Assembly: GCA_963716145.1 (NCBI GenBank)
Contig: OY970292.1
Location: forward strand, 661,171-725,170
DNA: 64,000 nt
Direction of reading: 5' to 3'
DNA from: Candidatus Levyibacteriota bacterium
GTDB lineage: Bacteria > Patescibacteriota > Microgenomatia > Levybacterales > UBA12049
Shown: positions 39,133 to 47,477 of the stretch, piece after piece
Layout: each line of letters begins with the position of its first letter
Numbering within the stretch: the stretch's first letter is position 1
The notes under the pieces: model-generated
Told to the model about the DNA's origin: nothing
What the model saw: the letters and a program-made list of their open reading frames with translations, nothing else
The model's database searches: none
Translations under genes and position numbers: made by a program

Positions 39133-39254
39133 CCGCGGCTATCTTAGCTTAGAAGAAATAAACAAAACATCTTCTTTTTAGTTGGTCGGAATTTTGCAAA
39201 CAAGGGTAAATCTTTGTTTTCAGAACTCCGATCAACGGAAGGAGGTGAAGCACA

Positions 39255-39404
39255 TTGGCCAACGGAGTCTTTCCGGCCAATCACCAACCAGGAAAACGGC
39301 GGAAGAGCAAGAAGCGCAAGAAGCGCGAATTGAAGGGAACCAATAAGGGCCAGAAAAAGGTCTACGTGGTCGAATCCGGAAAGGTAATTAGCTTCAAGCC
39401 TTAA
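39255..39404 (+). CDS. Small highly basic protein (49 aa, TTG start) with strong Shine-Dalgarno
   Basis: ggaaggaggtg 6 nt upstream of TTG; translation (M)ANGVFPANHQPGKRRKSKKRKKRELKGTNKGQKKVYVVESGKVISFKP; not in the ORF track because it is under 60 aa and has a non-ATG start. Confidence 0.3.
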   Translation: MANGVFPANHQPGKRRKSKKRKKRELKGTNKGQKKVYVVESGKVISFKP

Positions 39405-39533
39405 CGGCGGAAACGATTTTTGCATGAGGCAATACAAACAGGCGCCCCGAACAATCAGCAGGAGCTGAGCGTCTGAGCCTACAGGGCAAAATGGGAATAT
39501 GCGTAAACCAACGAGAAACGAGGACACACAGTC

Positions 39534-40607
39534 ATGGCAACACTCGAAGAAGTACGGCAGTGGACCAACAATCAGGCTCGCAGTCTGCAGGAACTGCAGG
39601 ACGCGGTTGCCGGATTCAGGAACCTCGGCTTCACCATTCCCGCCGGCGCGCAGACCATCGACGGACAGCGCGACAGCCTGTACCGTTTCATCATGGCGCA
39701 GCCCAACCTGCACGCAGCCTCGCCCTGGACGCCGCCCGGAATGAACCCCGGACTGCCCCAGACGCAGACCACGCAGCAGCAGGGTTCGCCGGCTCCGGCT
39801 CCCGTGGACGACCACGACGAGCCCCGCAGGAAGTTCAACCCTTGGGCCATCGCCGGAATCGCGGCGGGAGTCATTGCGTTGCTCTTCGGGGCCTACCTGC
39901 TCGGAAACCGTGACACCAAGGTGGTGACCGGTGTACCGGCAGCAGCCCCCGCCCCGGCACCCGCGGCTCAGCAGCCGATCGTTGTCGTCGCTCCTCCCTC
40001 GGGGGGTGCGCCGGCCGGCGCTTCGGCGGCTACGGCAGCAGGCTCGCCCCAGGTCCAGTCCGTGGTTTCGGCTTCCGGCACCCCCGCTTCGGCGGCGGTC
40101 GTGACGGCTCCGTCGGCTTCCTGGGGCCGTGCGACGTCAAGTCGCTGGGTGGCAACTGGGTCCCCGCGGAAGCCAACATGTGGAAGTACGCCGGTCCGGC
40201 GAGCACCATCACGGTGCCCGCTTCGGGTCCGACGTGGGTCATCGACCACGCGCTCGGCTCGATCACCAACGGCATGTCCGTGACCACGGGTGTGGCCACG
40301 GCCTACTGCCTCGGTGGCGGTACGGCCACGGCGGCTCTCGGCCTCCGGCACCATCGCGGCCACGACCACGGCCACGGCGGCTCCGGCCTCGGCTTGCCCC
40401 GGCACCTCGGACCAGGCGGCCAGCCTGCTCGGCGGCAACGCCAGCAGCTGGACGACCCTCCCCGGCAACGGGTGGCACTACAGCGGTACGAGCACCACGG
40501 TGAAGCACCCCGGCTTCGGGCGTGTCGACTACGACGGTGGGAACCTTTCCACCGCCGGGACGACGAGCCCCGCCGGGATCCAGTTCACCTTCTGGTGCAA
40601 CGCCTAG
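39534..40607 (+). pseudogene. High-GC membrane/secreted Ala-Pro-rich protein gene, apparently disrupted by two compensating frameshifts (frames 0 -> 2 -> 0)
   Basis: ORFs 39534-40283, 40178-40627 and 40290-40607 form one continuous sensible reading only if frames are switched near ~40120 and ~40290. TM segment WAIAGIAAGVIALLFGAYLL. Confidence 0.45.
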
Positions 40608-40722
40608 CTCCGCAGTTCCAACCATGAGGTGTGTGACGGTGGATCCGTACAAGAGTTGCGCCCCCCTGGGCCAACTGTGCGGTGAAGCCGTCACGCTCTC
40701 ACAAACGAGGAAAGAAGGAAAG

Positions 40723-41259
40723 ATGCAGAGAAGGACAGTCCTAACCACAGTCATGCTCGCCCTCGCGATCTTCGCGGGAGCTTGCGGTGACTCCGATGAC
40801 AAGTCCACGACGGACAACACTGTGCCCAGTGCCGTCGTCCAACCCGTCCCGACCATCGTGCAGCAGGCACCGACGAGCCCCGCGCCCACCGGCGCCACCA
40901 GCTCGGCCTGCATCAGCACCACGGAGGTTAACTCGCTCACTCAGAGCGACCTCCACCGTGTGGGGGGTGAGGCTTGCGCCTACACCCTTCGGGTCGCCGC
41001 TGTGGGCAACACGCCCGTCGTCTGCGCTTCCGTTCTGATCTGCACCCTGTCCTTCCAGGATGGGATTCGGGTCTACATCGGCGATGGCACGCAGTACACG
41101 GGCGTCCTGGCAGGAACGGTGCGATTCGTCGCTGCCTATCCCGCTTGGGACACCCCGCACAACGCGTGCGCGCAGACCGCGGCAGAGGACCTGTTCGGTC
41201 AGCAGCAAGTTCCACCCTTCCACGTCGTGGCAGGGAACTTCAGCTGCACTCGCGCCTGA
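40723..41259 (+). CDS. High-GC lipoprotein (lipobox LAIFAGAC-G), actinobacterial type
   Basis: MQRRTVLTTVMLALAIFAGACGDSDDK.. with SD aggaaagaaggaaag upstream; flanked by ~42-nt direct repeats. Confidence 0.5.
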   Translation: MQRRTVLTTVMLALAIFAGACGDSDDKSTTDNTVPSAVVQPVPTIVQQAPTSPAPTGATSSACISTTEVNSLTQSDLHRVGGEACAYTLRVAAVGNTPVVCASVLICTLSFQDGIRVYIGDGTQYTGVLAGTVRFVAAYPAWDTPHNACAQTAAEDLFGQQQVPPFHVVAGNFSCTRA

Positions 41260-41549
41260 CCTGAGAACCAGGAGAGTGACGGTGATCCGTACAAGAGTTG
41301 CGCCAGGTGGCCAACTAGTACGGTGATCCGTCGCTCTCCCCTCAGGATTCTTCTGAGCAAAATGACACAAGTCGTCAGACTTGGAAATTCTCGTCGAATG
41401 CGATGGGAAAAGAAGAGGCTGACACGAGTGTCATGGAGATGTGAGAGCATCAAGGGTACGGTTAGTACAGAAGATTTGCAGCATGCGCTGCGCTTATATT
41501 TTCTGGCTTTGCCTTCCCTTGGAGTTTTCCATTTTCCCACTTGTGTGCC

Positions 41550-41618
41550 TGTTTTCGTTTACCGGTCAAACCGGTACTGATGAGTCCTTCGGCTAACGCT
41601 CAGGACGAAACGAAAGTA
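41550..41618 (+). ncRNA. Candidate type III hammerhead ribozyme
   Basis: 5'-UGUUUUC-GUU|-[stem I hairpin UACCGG ucaaa CCGGUA]-CUGAUGA-[stem II G UCC uucggcuaacgcuca GGA C]-GAAA-C-GAAAGUA-3'. Both conserved core strands (CUGAUGA and GAAA) are present, three stems close correctly, and a GUH cleavage triplet (GUU) sits before stem I. Confidence 0.55.
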
Positions 41619-41694
41619 CTTGAAATTAAAGAGAATATGTTATAGGATACAAGGTAATTAATTAAACTTAGTACTTATAATAATTAAATAAAAT

Positions 41695-42478
41695 ATGAAA
41701 ACAATATCATTTATCATACCTGTATATAACGAGGAAAAAAGACTGTATAAAACTCAGGAGGCTCTGATGAAGCTGAAGCTTCCCCGTGGTCTTAAGCTTG
41801 ATGAAATCATCTTTGTGGATGATGGCTCAAAAGATAAGACTGTAAAAAGTATCCGCTACTTTATTCATGTTATGAAAAAGTACAAAATCCAAAAAGGTGC
41901 CAACTATAGAGTTATTAAATATTCTCAAAACCAGGGCAAAGGTTACGCAATAAGACGCGGTATGCTTGCGGCCCGCTCTGACTACGCTCTCTTTTTTGAT
42001 GCCGATATGTCAACTCCTCTTAAAGAGCTTAATCATTTCATGGAGTATATTAAGCAGGATGTTGATGTGGTGATCGGGTACCAGAAAACACAAAGACTCC
42101 AAGGTTATAAGAAGCCAATCAGTGTTTCGTGCCAAATTGGGTCAGGGATTTACGCTAATGACAGGAACATTGCTTGGAATGGATTTGACTGATTACACCT
42201 GCGGATTTAAAGCCTTCTCAAAAAACGCCAGGATTGCTATATTTGCCAATTGTCAAATCAACAGATGGGCATTTGATGCTGAGATACTTTATCTTGCGCA
42301 CAGATATAAAATGTCTATCGCGGAAGTACCTGTTGTCTGGAGAAATGACGAATACACCAAAGTTAAATTGCACAAAGATGTGCTCTTAACACTTCTTGAC
42401 CTTTCAAGAATAATCGGCTTGCACATAATTGCTCCCGCTCTTTCCTTTCCCAAAAGGCAGGTTGCCCTATCCGCCTAG
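41695..42478 (+). pseudogene. Family 2 glycosyltransferase (dolichyl-phosphate mannose synthase-like), split by a frameshift near 42120-42190
   Basis: ORF 41695-42192 carries ..IIPVYNEE..VDDGSKDKT..GKGYAIRRGM..FFDADMS..; ORF 42122-42478 in another frame continues with ..DYTCGFKAF..FDAEILYLA..; together they make a typical GT2. Could be an assembly indel. Confidence 0.6.
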
Positions 42479-42660
42479 CCGGCGAGGCTGGCAATATAAT
42501 TCCTAAAGTTAGAATTTTCAATTTGAAATTTAAAATTTGAAATGAATTTTGATTGTTTTAAATTTAAATTTTTAAACATTTACCTGCCTGCCGGCAGGCA
42601 GGGATTTCAATGAAAATTGAAAACTGAAAATTGAAAATTCAGCACAACTAAAGCTTACTA
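42479..42660. repeat. AT-rich palindromic element (gaaaattgaaaa family, same subfamily as 3877-3989) with an embedded exact GC palindrome CCTGCCTGCCGGCAGGCAGG (42583-42602)
   Basis: ttaaaatttgaaatgaattttgattgttttaaatttaaatttttaaac matches 3905-3950; GC palindrome identical to 51965-51984. Confidence 0.55.
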
Positions 42661-42689
42661 AAAATTCATAAGTCTAGTACAATAATACT

Positions 42690-43940
42690 ATGCCAAGCTT
42701 AGTTGTCATCTCTAGTTACCCACCTCGTGGGACGACCCATCATAAAAGTGTTATTGGGGGAGCGTCCTACACCAAAAATACCCTGATTGCCCTCGAAAAA
42801 GAAATTCGCGCGCGAGGTGAAACTCCTGACATAACAGTACTTGCTCAAAAAATAGATGGCTCTGAGGCATCTTATGATGACGAAGGCATCGGAGTAAAAA
42901 GGATCTGGGAACGCAACTCTCTTCTTACCTTTAGCAGGCTTTACAAAGAAATTATTAGCAACCACAGGCAGACAAAAGAAATCCTTATTGAGCTGGAACT
43001 GAATATTTTTGGAAAAAGCGGAATATTTCTCATCCTGCTTATTAACTTTATTTACTCCCTGAAATTGCTGAACAAAAAAGTAATTTTGGTAATTCACGAG
43101 GTTATTTTTGATATGGACAAATTCGGGCCTCACATAAATCTTAAACAGAAAAGTCTCAAGACAGCATTTTATAATTCCGGACTAAGCATGTTCTATAAAT
43201 CAATATTGAAACCAGTGGACAAAGTTATTGTTTTTGAGCAAAGCCTAAAGGAAAAGCTGGCAGAAATAACGGGCCAAAAAAATAAAATTAGTGTCATCCC
43301 GATTGCTGTTGAGAATATCAAAAATGTTATTTCCAAAGCTGAAGCAAGAACCAAGTTGGCAATTCCAAAAAATGATTTTGTAGTTATGACTTTTGGGTTC
43401 TTGGCATGGTACAAAGGAACCGATTGGATAGCTGAAGTATGGCCCAATAGCGCAGCGCCCTTGCGCTTAATTATAGCGGGAGGTGCCAATCCCAACCGCA
43501 TGGAACTTCCCTACTATAAAAAGTATTTGGAAGAGCTTGAAACTATTGCACGGGAAAAAGACATAACTTTAACAGGATTTATTCCTGAAGAAAAAATGCA
43601 ATTATACTTTGCTGCAAGCGATATTGTAGTCTTCCCCTACCGAACCATGATGTCATCAAGCGCTGTCCTGTCAATGGCTTTTAGCTTTGAAAAACCATTC
43701 CTGCTTTCCGAAAACATGAGACAAATCTTCCTGGGACAAGATATGAAAGAAGAATTGTTATCTTCAAATCTCAAAGAAGAAGACGTGCTTTTCCCGCTTG
43801 ATAACTCATTTGGTAAAAAAATTAAAAAGGTAAAATATGACTTAGAGCTGCTTAAAAAATTGGAACTTTTTTCCAAAAAAATGAAGGACAAGAGATCATG
43901 GAATTTAATCGGCGGACAATATTATGAAACATTTTTTTAA
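42690..43940 (+). CDS. Family 1 (GT-B, GT4-like) glycosyltransferase
   Basis: C-terminal half ..FVVMTFGFLAWYKGTDW..LIIAGGAN..ITLTGFIPEEK..ASDIVVFPYRTMMSSSAVLSMAFSFEKPFLLSE.. fits the GT-B sugar-donor domain. Confidence 0.6.
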   Translation: MPSLVVISSYPPRGTTHHKSVIGGASYTKNTLIALEKEIRARGETPDITVLAQKIDGSEASYDDEGIGVKRIWERNSLLTFSRLYKEIISNHRQTKEILIELELNIFGKSGIFLILLINFIYSLKLLNKKVILVIHEVIFDMDKFGPHINLKQKSLKTAFYNSGLSMFYKSILKPVDKVIVFEQSLKEKLAEITGQKNKISVIPIAVENIKNVISKAEARTKLAIPKNDFVVMTFGFLAWYKGTDWIAEVWPNSAAPLRLIIAGGANPNRMELPYYKKYLEELETIAREKDITLTGFIPEEKMQLYFAASDIVVFPYRTMMSSSAVLSMAFSFEKPFLLSENMRQIFLGQDMKEELLSSNLKEEDVLFPLDNSFGKKIKKVKYDLELLKKLELFSKKMKDKRSWNLIGGQYYETFF

Positions 43941-46900
43941 AAAATATTGGGCAATTTTAATACTTTTGGGCTTTGTGGTCTTGCTTTTTGTGACCAATTA
44001 CCGCCCGGGTACTATTTTAAGCGGCTGGGACAATCTCCATCCTGAATTTGATTTTGGTCTTAATATCAAGCGCTCAATTTTTGCAGTCTGGCAGGAATAT
44101 CAAGGGCTTGGTCTTCTTGGCGGCATGGCACACAGCACTGATCTTTTAAGACAAATCTTTTTATTCATTCTTTCACTATTTTTACCAAATGATTCCCTGC
44201 GCTACATCTGGACATTCCTGATGCTTTTCACTGGATCTGTTGGTTCGTATTTTTTAATAAAGTACGTCCTAAATTTCAGAACCCTCAGAAAACTCGGTGA
44301 ACCGGAAAATCAGACCCGTCAGACTGTCAGACATTCTGATAGTCCGGCTTCTGAGTATTCTGAGTTTTCCGGAAAAGAAAATGCCAACAAACTGATTCCT
44401 TTTTTGGGTGCTTCCTTCTACCTTCTCAACCTTGCAACTATCCAGATGTTTTATGTGCCTTTCGAATCATTTATCGGGTTTTTTGGATTTCTGCCATGGG
44501 TGCTATTATCATCCATTATATTTTTCCGGAAACCGGTCAAAAAAAATCTGCTTTTTCTTGTTTTAATTCTACTAATAGCAACTCCCGCCTGGTATCTGCA
44601 AACGGTATTTATCGTTTTTATAATCGCATTAAGTATCATACTTCTCCCCTCCTTACTAAATAATTTCAAACCCGGATCAATTATAAAATTGGTAAAACTT
44701 TATGGCATAATTTTTCTTGTAAATAGCTTCTGGCTACTCCCAGCTACGTATTTTACACTCACTAATTCTGACGTAAATCTCAATTCCAAAATTAATCAGA
44801 TGGCAACCGAGACAATTTTTCTTCAAAATAAGGAATTTGGGACGCTGCCTGATGTAATGCTCCTCAAGGGATTTATGTTCAAAGGCGTTGATCCCAATGC
44901 GCAGGGAAACATTACATATATGTTAAAGCCTTGGAGTGATCACTTGAACAATCCTTTTGTCGCGGTTGCGGGTCTTTTACTTTTTGCAGTTGTATTTATA
45001 GGCTTTATCAAAGCTATTCGAACTAAGAACCCTGCTTTGCAGGGCTTTGCGCTGCTTTTCATATTTTCATTTATTGCGTTAGCTGTTGATACTCCGCCAT
45101 TTTCTTTTATAAATAGTCTTCTGAGGAATAATATCCGCGTACTTAATCAAATCTTCCGTTTTCCTTTCACAAAATTCGCTACACTCGCAAGCCTTGTATA
45201 TGCAATTTTATTTGCAGTTGGAATACAGACGGTAGTCAAAAAATTAGAATTAAGAATTAAGAATCAAGAATTGAGGTTTAGTAACCGAAAATATCCCTTC
45301 TTGCTTCTTACTTCTTGCTTCTTACTTCTGATCATCTTTGCGCTTCCCGTCTTTCAGGGTCACTTATTTTATGATAAAGAAAGGGTTATAATTCCCACTG
45401 AATACAAACAACTGTTTGCTTTTTTCAAATCAAAAGATCCGAATACCAGAATTGCCAATTTTCCCCAATCCAACTTCTGGGGATGGAGTTTTTATAACTG
45501 GCTTTCCTCACCTAATCAAGGCAGGCCCGGAGGAGACTATGGCGGCTCAGGATTCCTCTGGTATGGAATAAAACAACCGATTCTTGATAGAGCATTTGAT
45601 GTTTGGTCAACAAATAATGAAAATTATTATTTTGAAATTACACAAGCATTGTACAGCAAAAATAATGCACTTTTTGAAAAAGTTTTGAATAAGTACCAAA
45701 TTAATTGGCTGCTGGTTGATAAAAATATTTTTGACTCTTCATCAAGTAAGGCACTATTTATTCCGGAGCTTGAAGAACTATTGGCGAATTCTTCTTTGGC
45801 CAAAAAAGAAGCATCTTTCGGAAAGCTTCAAGTATACAAGATAAACCTGACAGACAAGCCCAAAAACTATGTATATATGACCAAAAATCTGCCTGTTGTG
45901 AATGAATACAAATGGAACAACTTTGATCAAGCCTATTTTGACAATGGAAATTACATTTCAAGAAACGGGCAGGAAGCAAAATCCAATAGCCAAACTTATC
46001 CCTTCCGCTCCCTCTTCACATTAAAAACTCAGAACGAAAAAGAGTTTGAAATAAAAGAAGAACCCGCGTCTATTGCGTTTATAAACAAACTTCCCGTTAA
46101 ATCAGGAAGCACACTTATACTTCCCTCTTTTACCCAAAAAGAAAAAATAATCCCAATCCACATAAAAACACTAAGAACCGCAAGTGGCACCCCGAAAATC
46201 GAGGCACAAGTCCTACTTCCTCAAATAATAGTTGGCAACCGGGAGCTGCAAAAAAATACAGGTCCGGTTTTTCAAGCTCAACTTCCGCCTTTTAAAAATG
46301 ACCAATATCCTCTCACCTTGAATATAAATGGAGCGAGCTACTCACCCATTTCAAATACTGATAAGGATATAGGTGTTGCATTCTTCACTCTTAATTCATC
46401 AAATACCATAACGGTCTCAGATAAGACCAAAAGAGGTATAAGTAACGTTGTTTTTCCTTTGGAGACTATCTCCCGCCTTCAGACAAGTCCGTTATTTATC
46501 AATGTGGGAAATACATCAAATCAGTACATAACAGTAAGGTTTCCCAAAATAGATGCAAATTACTTGACCTTCCGCCCGCTTCTTAACAGTGCTGACAGCG
46601 TCAGAAACTGTGACAATTTCAATGGAAAAAGTTTTTCATCCAAAATCATAGACGACAGCTCTTTGACCCTAAGCTCGCTCGGGGCTACTGCATGTACTTC
46701 ATTTTTCGCTCAAAATCTGCCTCATGATCAATCTTTTGCAATTTTTATAAATAGTAAAAATATACAAGGCCAGGGACTTCGCTTCTGGGTGGAAAACACC
46801 AACCAGCAATCCGTACCGATTGATACATACCTTTCAAAAGAAAAAAATCTAGTTACAAGTTCATTTATCCTACCTGCAATGGAGCAATTCGGAAGTTCAT

Positions 46901-47445
46901 ACGCGTTTCACTTCTATAATTCGTCCATCGGACGGGATAAAACAGTAAATGAAATAGGAAGATTTGCCGCTTACCCGGTATTCTATAATTACTTAAAATC
47001 AATAAAGATAACTGCCGGCCAAAATACTGCAGGCAGTTTGACTGACACTTCCAAGATGGATGTCTCACATCCAAACGAAAGTAAGTACGTTATTTCAATG
47101 GAAAATGGAAAATGGCCAGTGGGAAATAATACAACCCTTGTCCTCTCTCAATCTTTTAATCCCGGCTGGAAAGCCTACGCAATTTCAAATTTCAAATGTC
47201 AAATGTCAAATTTCAAATGCGCGGTAGCCCAAGCCTTTCCTTTTATTTTTGGGAAGGAAATCAAAAATCACGTTATGGTAAATAACTGGGAAAATGGATG
47301 GGTTCTCAGTGATCCGCAAATGGCAAATGGCAAATGGCAAATGGTAATTGTTTACACCCCCCAGTACCTTGAATATCTTGGATTTGGATTGTTGATTTTG
47401 ACACTATTTGGCATAATTATCCGATCAAAGTTTTCGAAAACTTGA
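43924..47445 (+). CDS. Large polytopic membrane protein (1173 aa), putative GT-C-fold / YfhO-like envelope glycosyltransferase; contains in-frame short tandem DNA repeats
   Basis: ~13 TM helices in the N-terminal 500 aa then a large extracytoplasmic domain. DNA tandem repeats at 45244-45275, 45296-45330, 47186-47221 (ttcaaatgtcaaatg..) and 47318-47345 (caaatggcaaatgg x3). Confidence 0.4.
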   Translation: MKHFFKKYWAILILLGFVVLLFVTNYRPGTILSGWDNLHPEFDFGLNIKRSIFAVWQEYQGLGLLGGMAHSTDLLRQIFLFILSLFLPNDSLRYIWTFLMLFTGSVGSYFLIKYVLNFRTLRKLGEPENQTRQTVRHSDSPASEYSEFSGKENANKLIPFLGASFYLLNLATIQMFYVPFESFIGFFGFLPWVLLSSIIFFRKPVKKNLLFLVLILLIATPAWYLQTVFIVFIIALSIILLPSLLNNFKPGSIIKLVKLYGIIFLVNSFWLLPATYFTLTNSDVNLNSKINQMATETIFLQNKEFGTLPDVMLLKGFMFKGVDPNAQGNITYMLKPWSDHLNNPFVAVAGLLLFAVVFIGFIKAIRTKNPALQGFALLFIFSFIALAVDTPPFSFINSLLRNNIRVLNQIFRFPFTKFATLASLVYAILFAVGIQTVVKKLELRIKNQELRFSNRKYPFLLLTSCFLLLIIFALPVFQGHLFYDKERVIIPTEYKQLFAFFKSKDPNTRIANFPQSNFWGWSFYNWLSSPNQGRPGGDYGGSGFLWYGIKQPILDRAFDVWSTNNENYYFEITQALYSKNNALFEKVLNKYQINWLLVDKNIFDSSSSKALFIPELEELLANSSLAKKEASFGKLQVYKINLTDKPKNYVYMTKNLPVVNEYKWNNFDQAYFDNGNYISRNGQEAKSNSQTYPFRSLFTLKTQNEKEFEIKEEPASIAFINKLPVKSGSTLILPSFTQKEKIIPIHIKTLRTASGTPKIEAQVLLPQIIVGNRELQKNTGPVFQAQLPPFKNDQYPLTLNINGASYSPISNTDKDIGVAFFTLNSSNTITVSDKTKRGISNVVFPLETISRLQTSPLFINVGNTSNQYITVRFPKIDANYLTFRPLLNSADSVRNCDNFNGKSFSSKIIDDSSLTLSSLGATACTSFFAQNLPHDQSFAIFINSKNIQGQGLRFWVENTNQQSVPIDTYLSKEKNLVTSSFILPAMEQFGSSYAFHFYNSSIGRDKTVNEIGRFAAYPVFYNYLKSIKITAGQNTAGSLTDTSKMDVSHPNESKYVISMENGKWPVGNNTTLVLSQSFNPGWKAYAISNFKCQMSNFKCAVAQAFPFIFGKEIKNHVMVNNWENGWVLSDPQMANGKWQMVIVYTPQYLEYLGFGLLILTLFGIIIRSKFSKT

Positions 47446-47477
47446 CACGAAAGTAGTAGTAGTAGTAGTATTGAGGC

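Larger units (their letters stand above)
39140..41540. other. High-GC (~65-70%) compositional island inside a ~38% GC genome; actinobacterial-type ORFs, partly frameshifted
   Basis: Abrupt shift in base composition and codon usage (GCC/GGC/CCG-rich; Ala/Pro/Gly-rich proteins); many spurious antisense ORFs typical of high-GC DNA; ~42-nt direct repeats at 40632-40675 and 41276-41316. Confidence 0.8.

Noticed and set aside
39144-41370. Numerous 80-250-aa ORFs on both strands inside the high-GC island (e.g. 39144-39815 -, 39968-40468 -, 40263-40940 -, 40741-41370 -, 40129-40503 +).
   Set aside because: Arg/Ala/Gly/Pro-rich translations with overlapping frames are the usual stop-codon-poor artefact of high-GC DNA; only the + strand frames that give membrane or lipoprotein-like sequences were kept.
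3877-42660. Possible CRISPR array suggested by the recurring gaaaattgaaaa units.
   Set aside because: The units are irregular, AT-rich, internally palindromic and lack constant-length unique spacers; no cas genes are present.
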